DNA of 64,000 nucleotides, from contig JAJPRE010000005.1 of NCBI GenBank assembly GCA_023700245.1, positions 7,106-71,105 on the forward strand, written 5' to 3'. The stretch comes from Candidatus Thalassarchaeaceae archaeon. GTDB lineage: Archaea > Thermoplasmatota > Poseidoniia > Poseidoniales > Thalassarchaeaceae. The position numbers were made by a program, and so were the translations under genes. Below are positions 39,786-49,731 of the stretch, one piece after another (position 1 is the stretch's first letter; every line of letters begins with the position of its first letter). The notes under the pieces are model-generated. The model was not told the origin of the DNA. It searched no databases and was given only the letters and a program-made list of their open reading frames with translations.

Positions 39786-40715
39786 CTAATGTTGATCTTC
39801 TAACCATTTTTCAGCATCCATGGCTGCTTGACAACCCATTCCTGCAGCAGTAATAGCTTGCCTATATCTTGTATCGACTACATCTCCTGCTGCGAAAACG
39901 CCCTGGATATTTGTCATAGTATGCTCTTTGGCGAGTATGTATCCTGTTTCGTCAATCTCAATTTGTCCCTCTAAGAATTTTGTTATTGGCTTATGCCCTA
40001 TGGCAATAAATGCCCCAGAGCAATATATTTCTTCCATTTCTCCGCCCCTCGTATCTTCAAGAATTGCTCCTGAGAGTCCCTTTTCATCAGAATTCCATGA
40101 TTTAATAGATTTAAATGTCTTGATTTCAATTTTTGGGTTATTAAATGCTCTTTCGTACATCACTTTGGAAGCCTTAAAATTATCACTACGATGAATTATA
40201 GTCACTTTACTTGCAAATCTGGTCAAGAATGTGGCCTCCTCCATGGCTGAGTCTCCGCCACCGATTACAAGTACTTCCTCATCCCTAAAAAACGCACCAT
40301 CGCAGGTTGCGCAAGTACTGATTCCTCTCCCTTTTTGCTCTTCCTCTCCTTCTGCCCCCAACCAGATTGATTCAGCACCAGTGCAAATTATTATACATTT
40401 AGACTGGAAAATTTCTCCTTCAACCCACACCTTGAATGGCCATTCAGAAAAATTAACCTTTTCTACATTTTTATCTTCTACCTCTAAACCAAATTTTTCA
40501 GCCTGTTCACGGAGTTGTAGCATCATTTCCGGACCACCAATGCCTTCAGGATATCCAGGAAAGTTTTCGATATCCGAAGTAAGCATAAGTTGCCCTCCCG
40601 ACATATATCCAGCAAACATCAATGGATCGAGTAAAGCCCTAGCAGTGTAAAGGCCTGCTGTATAACCTGCTGGGCCGGAACCTATTATAATCACATTACG
40701 TATATTGTCAGCCAT
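39786..40715 (-). CDS. trxB: Thioredoxin-disulfide reductase
   Basis: GSGPAG, CATCDG, GGGDSA and AAGDV..YRQAITAAG motifs. Confidence 0.96.
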   Translation of the reverse strand: MADNIRNVIIIGSGPAGYTAGLYTARALLDPLMFAGYMSGGQLMLTSDIENFPGYPEGIGGPEMMLQLREQAEKFGLEVEDKNVEKVNFSEWPFKVWVEGEIFQSKCIIICTGAESIWLGAEGEEEQKGRGISTCATCDGAFFRDEEVLVIGGGDSAMEEATFLTRFASKVTIIHRSDNFKASKVMYERAFNNPKIEIKTFKSIKSWNSDEKGLSGAILEDTRGGEMEEIYCSGAFIAIGHKPITKFLEGQIEIDETGYILAKEHTMTNIQGVFAAGDVVDTRYRQAITAAGMGCQAAMDAEKWLEDQH

Positions 40716-40760
40716 GTAATATCCAAAGGGGATTGTCTTTTGAACATTGACTAAAAAAAA

Positions 40761-41159
40761 TTATTTTGACATCTCTGCTATTGCATTTACTGCAGCCCTT
40801 GCATGAGGTTCTAATCTTGGAGAAATATGCTCCTTAAGAGCTCCTGGACCTATGATTCCTAGACCTATCGGCTTGCTATATTTTAATTGGATATCAATTA
40901 TAGATTTTATTACTGCTTGGCCCATTACTAAACCATGTTTAGTCTCCCCATTCTCTATTATTCCCAAAGTTATTGCTGCATTTAAATTACCAGAACTCAA
41001 CATTCTATCTAGTGCAAGAGGAATTTCCATAGCTCCGGGAACCCATTTTATCTCAGATATCTCAATGTCTTGAATGTTAGATTCATCTTTGGCATAAACC
41101 AACATTCTTTCGATTTGTTTTTTATGAAAGGAAGTACAAACGACACCTATTTTCATCAT
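40761..41159 (-). CDS. ribH: 6,7-dimethyl-8-ribityllumazine synthase
   Basis: VPGAMEIP, LG.I..GETKH and PIGLGI motifs. Confidence 0.93.
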   Translation of the reverse strand: MMKIGVVCTSFHKKQIERMLVYAKDESNIQDIEISEIKWVPGAMEIPLALDRMLSSGNLNAAITLGIIENGETKHGLVMGQAVIKSIIDIQLKYSKPIGLGIIGPGALKEHISPRLEPHARAAVNAIAEMSK

Positions 41160-41160
41160 A

Positions 41161-41781
41161 TCACCTTTTTTCAAAATGTGGCTGATTTTTTAGCATCTTA
41201 GATACCGTTGCCACCACTGCTTGAGTCATTGAATCAATTTCTATATTTACTTTACTACCTTTTATTTTTGATTGAATTGTAGTTCTTTCCAATGTTTCTG
41301 GAATTAGATGTATAGAAAAATAATCATCATATACTTCGCCGATAGTTAAACTAATTCCATCTATTGCGATATATCCTTTTTCCATAATAAAAGGTTTTAA
41401 TTTATTATTTATTGATATTTCTAAGTCTACTCCTTCGCCGATTTTTTCATAATTATTAATCAATGCAGTGCTCATTATATGGCCTGATAATATATGCCCT
41501 CCCAATTCATCACCGATTTTCAATGCCCTTTCTAAATTTACTTTATCGCCTGCTTGTAAATTTCCTAATGTAGAACGCTCCAAAGTTTCTTTTATAGCAT
41601 CAAATGTCACAATGGTGCCTATTTTTTTAACCACAGTCATGCATACGCCATCGATTGATACACTAGCTCCATTTTCTAAATTATTACTTCTTAATCCCAT
41701 ATCTACAGAGATGCTATTGGTAGTTTCTTTTTTTTCAATTATGGATACAGTTCCAATTCCTTGTATGATGCCAGTAAACAT
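41161..41781 (-). CDS. ribE: Riboflavin synthase, bacterial-type alpha subunit
   Basis: N-terminal MFTGII; GVCMTV, VNLERA, GGH..SGH, KG.IAIDGISLT and VNIE motifs. Confidence 0.93.
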   Translation of the reverse strand: MFTGIIQGIGTVSIIEKKETTNSISVDMGLRSNNLENGASVSIDGVCMTVVKKIGTIVTFDAIKETLERSTLGNLQAGDKVNLERALKIGDELGGHILSGHIMSTALINNYEKIGEGVDLEISINNKLKPFIMEKGYIAIDGISLTIGEVYDDYFSIHLIPETLERTTIQSKIKGSKVNIEIDSMTQAVVATVSKMLKNQPHFEKR

Positions 41782-41782
41782 A

Positions 41783-42250
41783 CTAATCTTCCTCGAATGG
41801 TGCACCTTCATTACTTGGCCAAATATCTAAAATTTTTGCAATTATTTTTCTTGTTCCATCTAAGTCATCAGAAAGTCCTTCAACCCTTAAAACCTCAATT
41901 TCATCATATCCGTTTTTTATTAGACCGGATTTTATCGAAGAAATTGAATGTTTCTGATCATATCCCAATGCTATTTTATCTGGATTTATAGACTTTAATA
42001 TCTCAAAAATTGGAACTTCTGGAGGGTTTCCGATTATAGATATATCTACAGGTTTTAACCCTCCAACCATACGACGTCTTAAGTCATGATTAGTGATAGG
42101 CTCATGTTTACGTTTCCTAACTGTTTCATCATGGGCAACTACAACTATTAATTCATCTCCAAGAGATTTAGCTTGTTCCAAGTAGTGTAGGTGCCCAGCA
42201 TGTAGTAAATCAAAAACTCCTACAGCCATAACAGTTACCAATTGAATCAA
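41783..42250 (-). CDS. ribL: Archaeal FAD synthetase (cytidylyltransferase family)
   Basis: GVFDLLHAGH and IALGYDQ motifs; inside the riboflavin operon. Confidence 0.88.
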   Translation of the reverse strand: MIQLVTVMAVGVFDLLHAGHLHYLEQAKSLGDELIVVVAHDETVRKRKHEPITNHDLRRRMVGGLKPVDISIIGNPPEVPIFEILKSINPDKIALGYDQKHSISSIKSGLIKNGYDEIEVLRVEGLSDDLDGTRKIIAKILDIWPSNEGAPFEED

Positions 42251-42261
42251 TCCATTTAATC

Positions 42262-42972
42262 TTATTTTATCTTAAAGGCTTCTAAGATGTCTTTTCCCAT
42301 TAACATAGGGATATCATGATTTTTCGCATATTCCATTGCATCGGATACAGATAATGCCCCATCTCCATCCGGTTGTAACATTTCTGCACCAATAGTACAG
42401 GGAGGAAGGCCTGCTAAACGTGCTATTGAGACTGCTAGTTCAGTATGGCCTTGCCTAGAGCTTAATCCGCCCGGAGATTCACGGCAAAGAGGTATGTGCC
42501 CAGGAGTACGAAATTCATCACCAAGTAATTTCATAGCGCCCTCATTGCTTGTATTTGAAGATAATAATTCACTTGCCAATTCTCCAAATCTACGTGTTGT
42601 CAGTGCACGGTCTTTGTCAGTTATTCCAGTGAAGGTTTTTCTATGATTCAATGAGAGTGTGAATGCAGATTTTGAATCATATCTTAAATCATCAGTTATA
42701 AGTTCGCCTAGTACGGGATTCGTTTCAACTAATTTGGGATTTGAATGAATATCTTGTAACCAAGGTAATCCAAATAAATCACCAATTTCATTTCCTATTG
42801 CAAGAAAAAGTAGGCCACCACAATCCTGCCTTAATCTTCTAATTATTTTTGGAGTTGCGCATGATGCAGGCCATAAGAGATCGGTTTCTTGCTCCCTAAA
42901 TGAAGAGTCAAAAATCATTACGGGATTTCCCTTTGAGAATGCCTCAACCGCCGCGGCGATAACTGACTCCAT
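42262..42972 (-). CDS. ribB: 3,4-dihydroxy-2-butanone 4-phosphate synthase (archaeal type)
   Basis: D...RE.ETD, TGITDKDRA.T, FRTPGH, RQGHTE and AEM motifs. Confidence 0.92.
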   Translation of the reverse strand: MESVIAAAVEAFSKGNPVMIFDSSFREQETDLLWPASCATPKIIRRLRQDCGGLLFLAIGNEIGDLFGLPWLQDIHSNPKLVETNPVLGELITDDLRYDSKSAFTLSLNHRKTFTGITDKDRALTTRRFGELASELLSSNTSNEGAMKLLGDEFRTPGHIPLCRESPGGLSSRQGHTELAVSIARLAGLPPCTIGAEMLQPDGDGALSVSDAMEYAKNHDIPMLMGKDILEAFKIK

Positions 42973-43047
42973 GGCCCCCGGAGGGCGTCCACATACCAAT
43001 TCTTTTCGGTCAGAAAGTATCAATTCAGAATGTCTCTTCGGCTCACC

Positions 43048-43923
43048 ATGGTGAAACTAATTCAAGTTGAAGTTCCCCTGAAAATAGATTTGGCTGGAAG
43101 TTGGACCGATATTCAACCATATGCATCTGATTTTGGTGGTGAAGTAGTTAATTTTGCAATTAACGTCAATATCAATTGTGAAATAGAAGTTGAAAATGGA
43201 GATTTAAAAAAAGTAAAATATTCTACTGAAATGCCTATTGATTTAGAGCTAAAAACAACTAATGGAGTTGATTTTAAATTTTTAACAAAAATAACTGAAG
43301 GAATTAAATCTTTGGAGTATCTCAATAAATTTACTCACGAATTAGAGAATTTAATAAAAAATACTGGAAATATTCATGTACCATGGATAAATTCTAGAGG
43401 CGGATTTAATCATACTTTATTTTTAGGTAAAGAGATTGAACCTATGCCTTTTGAACCAATGAAATCGTCAAAAAATTGGTTAAAAAAACATTTTATTATC
43501 ATTTATAGCGATATTGATAATAACACAAGTGAAATCCATAAAGATGTGTGGAATAGATATGAAAATAAAGATGAAGAAGTTCTCAAAGGTTTACATTGTT
43601 TAAGGGCGGCAGCCAGAGTAATGGCCAATGGCCTTCAAAAGGACCGTAGAGAATTGGTAGTCAATGCACTAAAAGAAATATCAGCAGGTATTGATTTGAT
43701 AAGTCCTGAAATTCATAGACCATTTAGAGACGTGATGGATCCATTGGTCAATAATAAAAGTGTAATAGCATGGAAAGCACTTAGTTCATGCGGAGGAAAA
43801 ACATTAGGAGTATTGTGTTCACCAAATGGGAGGGAGGCAACCATAAAGAGAATTGAGGAAATGGGATGGCAGAATATAGAATGGGACTACAACGAACATG
43901 GGATAAAAGTAGTTAAAAAATAA
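43048..43923 (+). CDS. GHMP-fold (HddA/fucokinase-like) protein with degenerate ATP motifs
   Basis: PLKIDLAGSWTD..PY....GGEVVNFAI N-terminal motif; the Gly-rich GHMP loops are missing. Confidence 0.7.
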   Translation: MVKLIQVEVPLKIDLAGSWTDIQPYASDFGGEVVNFAINVNINCEIEVENGDLKKVKYSTEMPIDLELKTTNGVDFKFLTKITEGIKSLEYLNKFTHELENLIKNTGNIHVPWINSRGGFNHTLFLGKEIEPMPFEPMKSSKNWLKKHFIIIYSDIDNNTSEIHKDVWNRYENKDEEVLKGLHCLRAAARVMANGLQKDRRELVVNALKEISAGIDLISPEIHRPFRDVMDPLVNNKSVIAWKALSSCGGKTLGVLCSPNGREATIKRIEEMGWQNIEWDYNEHGIKVVKK

Positions 43924-43961
43924 TTCATATATCAGAAATATCTAACTTTGGGACACCAAGT

Positions 43962-46900
43962 ATGAAACGTCTTAATATGTCCGTACTTATTATGATGCGC
44001 CGTAGAGGGTTTTTGGCTTCAGTGCTCATCATAGTTCTGATAGTCCCGCTGGCTTCATCTTCAATATTGCCATCTAAAAAAACAGATGGCGGGCTAGATG
44101 CTGACGGAGAATGGCAGAGTAGTATGGAATCTGGCATCCACAACGATTGGTGGCTAGATTGGAGCAGAGATAAAAACAATAATATGTTAGATGATAGATT
44201 AGAATGGTTATTGGATCAAACTGCTGAAATTCAACATAATTGGTGGAAAAGAGCACCTAATGGTAGTTCAAGAGTAATAGTAGATTATGATCATCACCCT
44301 AGTAATAAAGACATAGAGGCACTAGAGAATATTGGGGCAGAAGTAACATTTAGGCCAATTTATCTTGATAGTCTAATCATAACAATACCATTTGAACCTA
44401 TTTTGAACATAAATGGGATTCGCTCATTACAAGGAGTAGTGATGATTGAAGATTTAGGGTTGGCAGAACCAAATATGAATGAAGCAGTTCCTAATATGGG
44501 AGTAAATGGAGTTTGGGAAGATTTTGGATTAGACGGTACTGGTTCAACTATAGCAATTCTAGATACTGGAATTAGAGGAGATCATGAAGGACTAAATGAT
44601 ATGGATGACGATCCCCTAACATGCATAAGTGAGCCTCCTGACCCCTTAAATCCAAATCCCGAACCAATATCAGATTGCGACCCGAAAATAATAGGATTTT
44701 TTGATGCTGTATTCACTGATGATGAACAAGATCCAGCATCATCATATGATTCTGGGACACATGGCAGTCATGTTGCTGGAATTGCAGCCGGAAGTGGAGG
44801 AGGGCAAGCCGATCCGGTTAGTGGAATGAGATATATTGGAGCTGCTCCAGGTGCATTTCTAATAAATATATTAGCTTGCTGCGATGGAGACATTGAAGAT
44901 ATCATTCAAGGTGCAGAATGGGCCATAGAAAATAAAGAAAAATATGGCATAGATATTTTGACATCTTCACTTGGTGAACAACAAGTTGAGATTCATTTTG
45001 ATAATGATGGTAGTTCGGCATGGAGTAGGCAGATGGATTATGTTGTTGAATCTGGAATAATTACCACATTATCTGCTGGAAATGAATTTGGAGGAGCTAC
45101 TTTTGCTGGCTGTAATACAATCGATAGCCCCGGTGATGCAGAATTGCCAGTAACTGTTGGAAGTTTAGATAAAGATCTTGGTTTGGCAATTTATAGTAGT
45201 AGAGGATATACTTCTGATTTACGAGTGAAGCCTGATGTAGCAGTAATAGGATCAAATATAATGGCCCCGGATGCTGCGACGAGTGATGGATATACTAGTA
45301 AATCTGGAACAAGTATGGCAACTCCTTTGATGGCAGGAATTGCGGCCTTAATGGTACAAGCAAATCCCGATTTGACTCCTGAAGAATTTAAAGACATCAT
45401 TCGTGCAGATTCTATTGAAAGGGAGTTGACCCTGCTTAATGACCCAGGATTAAATGATTGTAGTATAATTGAGACTAGGCCAGATAATGAATTTGGATAC
45501 GGGCAGGCAGACCCTGTAAAATTTGTAGAATCAGCAGGAAGTATCGATCGTTCGCTCAATATTTCAATGAATATAGAGACTTTACAGGAAATAGGTAACC
45601 AGAGTTATGTTGGAGGATTTTCTTCTGGGGCAGCACCTGGGCAAGGAGAAGTCCAAGTAAGAGTTGGCGGAGGTATTTGGAAAGGTGCGGCTGATCTTAC
45701 TGGAGATTGGAGTGAATGGAGATTAAAACTTGAGCCTCATGAACAATCTGGGAACTCTACAATATATGCAAGGTTAGTGATGAGTGAGGATAGTATTTCT
45801 CCCGTGGATGCGAAAAGAGTTATACTTATTGATGGAGTATCCAAAAGTGGAATTGTAAATGGAGAATTGATATCAATGGGATCATTTATATTCTTTTTTC
45901 CATTTATTATAGTCCTAGGAATATTAGCATATGTGATGATTAATGAACGATGGGTAGATAAAATGAAGTCTAATAAGACATCAAATAATGTTGATTTAGT
46001 ATCAAATTATTCAAAAATAAATACGGAGTCATTTAACATATTTATTTGGTTTGAAAAAATAAATAAAGAATGGAACAATGGGGCTTCATTGATTGAGAAC
46101 CAATTTAGAAGATATATTTCTTTGTGTGTTTTATATATTGCCCAAGGATTACCTGCAGGTTTTACATATGTAGCATTTGTAGCGTATCTTACTGATAATG
46201 GAACTCCTCCTGCAGATATAGCGATATTATTTGCAACTGTTGCCCTTCCTTGGACATTCAAATTTATTTGGGGGCCATTAATTGACTTGCTCGTGATTCC
46301 TGAATATGGGATAAGACGCCCTTGGATCTTATTTGCACAATCTGGAATGGTAATATCTTTATCGACATTGTTATTTATTCCAAATATTATTGATTCCATA
46401 GCATTAGTAACGATATTATTATTTATTCATAATCTATTTTCATCGCTACAAGATGTAAGCGTAGATGCTTTGGCTGTTGACGTATTAAGGCCGGATGAAG
46501 TTGCTAAAGCAAATGGATTTATGTTTGCATCTAAGAGAGGTGGAATGATTTTTGGTGGGGCAGTTCTAGGCCTATTGGTTGTACCTTATGGCATCAAATC
46601 TGCAATAATGCTACAAATACCAATATTAATAATTATGATGAGTTTGCCACTTTTCCTACGCGAGAAACCAGAGAATAAACTATTCCCATGGGAAAGTAGC
46701 AGAGAAGAAAATGAAATAACTGTACAGGAAGATGAAGTGATTAAAAGTTCAGAATTGACATGGGAGGGAGATGATAATCCACGGTTCAAAGGTGCTAGAT
46801 GGGCAGCAAATAACATATATTACAATAAAATTAGTATTACTGCTGCATTTTTGTGGATTGGAATTATTACATGGGTATTTGGAGGTGCAATAAATATAAT

Positions 46901-47828
46901 TCATTTGATCGGGCACCCATATCCTGATGGAGTATTTCATGGCCCATTAGTTACATTATCATATGTTGGAACATTTGGATCATACTGTATCCTCACATCA
47001 ATAATAATGATGATAATGGAGGCATTAGGAACTAAATTACCAATTGTCACTAGCCCCTTAGCATTTTCATCACCGGAATCTAAAAAGAATATTGCTACAA
47101 CAATTTACCATATTGTTCAAGGTTTTTCAACAAGATCTTCATTTCTTTTAATATTCTTATGCCTGCTTTCTGATCTTGCATTGTTTGTTGATCCAATTGT
47201 AATTGATATTTTTATTAATGAGGCTGGATGGTCTCAAGGAAAATACAATGCCATAGTTGGTGGAATTGTAGTATTATTCACAATGTTAGGCCAAGTAATC
47301 GGCGGAATCATAGGAGATAGGTTTGGAGTAAGGGAAGTTGCCATGGTTGGATTTACCCTTCTTGCTTTGGCTAATGCTGGTCTAGCATTATTGAATGGGT
47401 ACTGGACGGATACGACTATAATGACATTTTATCTATGTATTAAAGCAGTAATATATGGAATAGCATGGATATGCGTAATATCTGTTTCAATGCGATTAAC
47501 ATTCAGTAAAGCTGGAGGTACTCAATTTACTGCGTACATGTCAATGTTCAATCTTTCTGCAGTTTTTGCATACCTATTTTCTGGTAAAATGATTGCTGCC
47601 TTTGATTATCTGACTATGTTATACATAGGTGCAGCATTAACTATGATATCTGTAATTATGCTAGTATTCATAGATCCAGATGAAACTGATAGAGTTTTGG
47701 AAGGTAAGTTAGATCAAGAAGATAATGGAGAAAATGGAGGGGACTTTGGAGAAGGACTTTGGCCAACTGATGAAGAGTTAATTGATACAGACATCCTCGG
47801 AGGTAATGATAATGTTACAATTGCATGA
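43962..47828 (+). CDS. S8 subtilase fused to an AmpG-like MFS transporter
   Basis: Signal peptide; triad motifs ILDTG, GTHGSHVAG, SGTSMATP; then a TM helix and the MFS motifs LY.AQGLP, LPWTFKFIWGP, RRPW, QDVSVDA and GTQFT; one uninterrupted ORF. The real start may be the ATG at 43992. Confidence 0.88.
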   Translation: MKRLNMSVLIMMRRRGFLASVLIIVLIVPLASSSILPSKKTDGGLDADGEWQSSMESGIHNDWWLDWSRDKNNNMLDDRLEWLLDQTAEIQHNWWKRAPNGSSRVIVDYDHHPSNKDIEALENIGAEVTFRPIYLDSLIITIPFEPILNINGIRSLQGVVMIEDLGLAEPNMNEAVPNMGVNGVWEDFGLDGTGSTIAILDTGIRGDHEGLNDMDDDPLTCISEPPDPLNPNPEPISDCDPKIIGFFDAVFTDDEQDPASSYDSGTHGSHVAGIAAGSGGGQADPVSGMRYIGAAPGAFLINILACCDGDIEDIIQGAEWAIENKEKYGIDILTSSLGEQQVEIHFDNDGSSAWSRQMDYVVESGIITTLSAGNEFGGATFAGCNTIDSPGDAELPVTVGSLDKDLGLAIYSSRGYTSDLRVKPDVAVIGSNIMAPDAATSDGYTSKSGTSMATPLMAGIAALMVQANPDLTPEEFKDIIRADSIERELTLLNDPGLNDCSIIETRPDNEFGYGQADPVKFVESAGSIDRSLNISMNIETLQEIGNQSYVGGFSSGAAPGQGEVQVRVGGGIWKGAADLTGDWSEWRLKLEPHEQSGNSTIYARLVMSEDSISPVDAKRVILIDGVSKSGIVNGELISMGSFIFFFPFIIVLGILAYVMINERWVDKMKSNKTSNNVDLVSNYSKINTESFNIFIWFEKINKEWNNGASLIENQFRRYISLCVLYIAQGLPAGFTYVAFVAYLTDNGTPPADIAILFATVALPWTFKFIWGPLIDLLVIPEYGIRRPWILFAQSGMVISLSTLLFIPNIIDSIALVTILLFIHNLFSSLQDVSVDALAVDVLRPDEVAKANGFMFASKRGGMIFGGAVLGLLVVPYGIKSAIMLQIPILIIMMSLPLFLREKPENKLFPWESSREENEITVQEDEVIKSSELTWEGDDNPRFKGARWAANNIYYNKISITAAFLWIGIITWVFGGAINIIHLIGHPYPDGVFHGPLVTLSYVGTFGSYCILTSIIMMIMEALGTKLPIVTSPLAFSSPESKKNIATTIYHIVQGFSTRSSFLLIFLCLLSDLALFVDPIVIDIFINEAGWSQGKYNAIVGGIVVLFTMLGQVIGGIIGDRFGVREVAMVGFTLLALANAGLALLNGYWTDTTIMTFYLCIKAVIYGIAWICVISVSMRLTFSKAGGTQFTAYMSMFNLSAVFAYLFSGKMIAAFDYLTMLYIGAALTMISVIMLVFIDPDETDRVLEGKLDQEDNGENGGDFGEGLWPTDEELIDTDILGGNDNVTIA

Positions 47829-48102
47829 ATGGATTGAAAAAACTGAGACTGATTTCATATTATTTTCACAGACAATTTGCCCATATTGTAATTTGGCAAA
47901 GAGATTATTAAAATCAAAAAAATTATCATTTACCGAAGTAAATCTTGACCATCATGAAGGATTAAGAGATTCAGTAGTAATGGAAACGGGGCATAGGACC
48001 GTACCAGCAGTATTTGATTTAAGGAATTCTAAACCATTATTTATCGGAGGTTCGGACCATTTAATAAGGTATTTTAAGGACACAAAAAACGTTAAAAAAT
48101 AG
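47812..48102 (+). CDS. Glutaredoxin
   Basis: CPYC, TVP and IGG motifs; GGAGGT SD. Confidence 0.9.
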   Translation: MLQLHEWIEKTETDFILFSQTICPYCNLAKRLLKSKKLSFTEVNLDHHEGLRDSVVMETGHRTVPAVFDLRNSKPLFIGGSDHLIRYFKDTKNVKK

Positions 48103-48137
48103 ATATAGACCACCATAATTGGAACAAAGATATATTA

Positions 48138-48719
48138 TTATTGACTGGCAATAGATTGGATGCTTGTTTTGAGTTTATCTAATTGTGATATATCTACCAT
48201 GTGTCCTTTTTGATGCCTTAATTTTGTTACTTTCCATCCTCCTTTCTCAAATACTTCGATATGTTTTTCAGCCACTGAAATTGGTATTATTTTATCTTTT
48301 TCACCATGCATCCAAACTACTGGCCTTTGCCAAATATTTGACATTGCGGATTCTAATCCCAAAGGATTAATTGACATAGTTCCAATTAGAACTAGTCCCA
48401 AAATACGATCCTGTATACTTCGTTCCATCATCATGGAAGCCATTGCACCTCCTTGTGAAAAGCCACCTACAATCAATGGACCCTCAGGTAATTCTTCAAT
48501 TAATTTAGTTAGTGAATCATATACTTGGAGTGCATAATCATCATAATTTATGTCATCTTCTTCTTTGATCCACCATGCATATCCTCCTAAATTTGGATGT
48601 GAAATTGTTGCCTGAGGGCAATATACTTCCCAATTATTTGGAACTAATTGATTTGCAAGTGGCATCATTTTTTCAGAAGTTCCTGACATCCCATGTAGCA
48701 TAACCAGTGTCCCTGACAT
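48138..48719 (-). CDS. Alpha/beta hydrolase (phospholipase/carboxylesterase)
   Basis: LHG, GFSQGG, HGEKD and GH motifs. Confidence 0.9.
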   Translation of the reverse strand: MSGTLVMLHGMSGTSEKMMPLANQLVPNNWEVYCPQATISHPNLGGYAWWIKEEDDINYDDYALQVYDSLTKLIEELPEGPLIVGGFSQGGAMASMMMERSIQDRILGLVLIGTMSINPLGLESAMSNIWQRPVVWMHGEKDKIIPISVAEKHIEVFEKGGWKVTKLRHQKGHMVDISQLDKLKTSIQSIASQ

Positions 48720-48729
48720 CTATTTTTCC

Positions 48730-49686
48730 TCAAATAGACCAAGATTGGGTTATACCGCCTGCCACTATAAATCTAAAATAGCTTTCACCACTAAATGTCA
48801 GAGTTAGAGTATATTCCTCCGAAGGATACGGTATAGTCCCAAGTGTCCCCGATTCTGTTGAACCTGGTCCCCAAACCCGTTCAAGTACTGATATTGATAG
48901 GTGGTCCCTAAGAGTCATCGATATCGATGAAGATCCCCCCCCACAATTTGCATCTAAGAAATATATCATCTCGTCCCATGCACCATCATTTGGATGATCA
49001 CTGACCAAGAATGAGTCTTGTACTTCTGCGTCTGGACCATTGCTTTCCCAAATATCGCTAAAAAGATCACCTCCCCTTACAAAATAAACATCTCCTGAAT
49101 GCCCAGTTCCTGAATCTACTTGCATCATCTTTAGATTTTCGACATTGTTTGAATCTGTCCAAATAAAGGTTGAAAAGAATTTAATATTAGAATCAAATGT
49201 ATATACTAATTTTGAACCATCATTAGATGATGCGTGAATAACTGCTAAATTTGAATCTAAAGAAACCACAATTGCACTCCATTCAATAGTAAACAAAGAA
49301 AAATCCCAAGATTTTTCAACTTCTAATGGAAAATTAAGTACTTGCTGTGCAACGCCGTTTTCAAATGCACTTAGATGATCATGCGTCATCCTTCCAAGAA
49401 AAGGATTATGATTCAGAACAGCATGACGGCGAGCTTCAGTTAAACTAGAGATTGTCAGCATATATGCAGTATTATCTTCTTCTGTATCTGAAGCAACAAC
49501 AAGTCTTGCAGTATCGTCATTATAATCAGGAGTGGAAAATGTATACAACCAATAATCTCCAATATTCCAAGTTGGTACTTCAATTTCATCTTTAGAATTG
49601 GATATAGTATCATTATTTTGCGTACATCCAGATAAAGGCATAACGAGTATTAATATCGTCAAACCAATTATGACTGACTGTTTCAT
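48730..49686 (-). CDS. Hypothetical lipoprotein
   Basis: Lipobox LSGC; PTWNIGDYWLY motif. Confidence 0.75.
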   Translation of the reverse strand: MKQSVIIGLTILILVMPLSGCTQNNDTISNSKDEIEVPTWNIGDYWLYTFSTPDYNDDTARLVVASDTEEDNTAYMLTISSLTEARRHAVLNHNPFLGRMTHDHLSAFENGVAQQVLNFPLEVEKSWDFSLFTIEWSAIVVSLDSNLAVIHASSNDGSKLVYTFDSNIKFFSTFIWTDSNNVENLKMMQVDSGTGHSGDVYFVRGGDLFSDIWESNGPDAEVQDSFLVSDHPNDGAWDEMIYFLDANCGGGSSSISMTLRDHLSISVLERVWGPGSTESGTLGTIPYPSEEYTLTLTFSGESYFRFIVAGGITQSWSI

Positions 49687-49731
49687 AACAACTCGTGAAG
49701 CCAATTATTCAAGAGGTTGGCGGTAAGAAGA

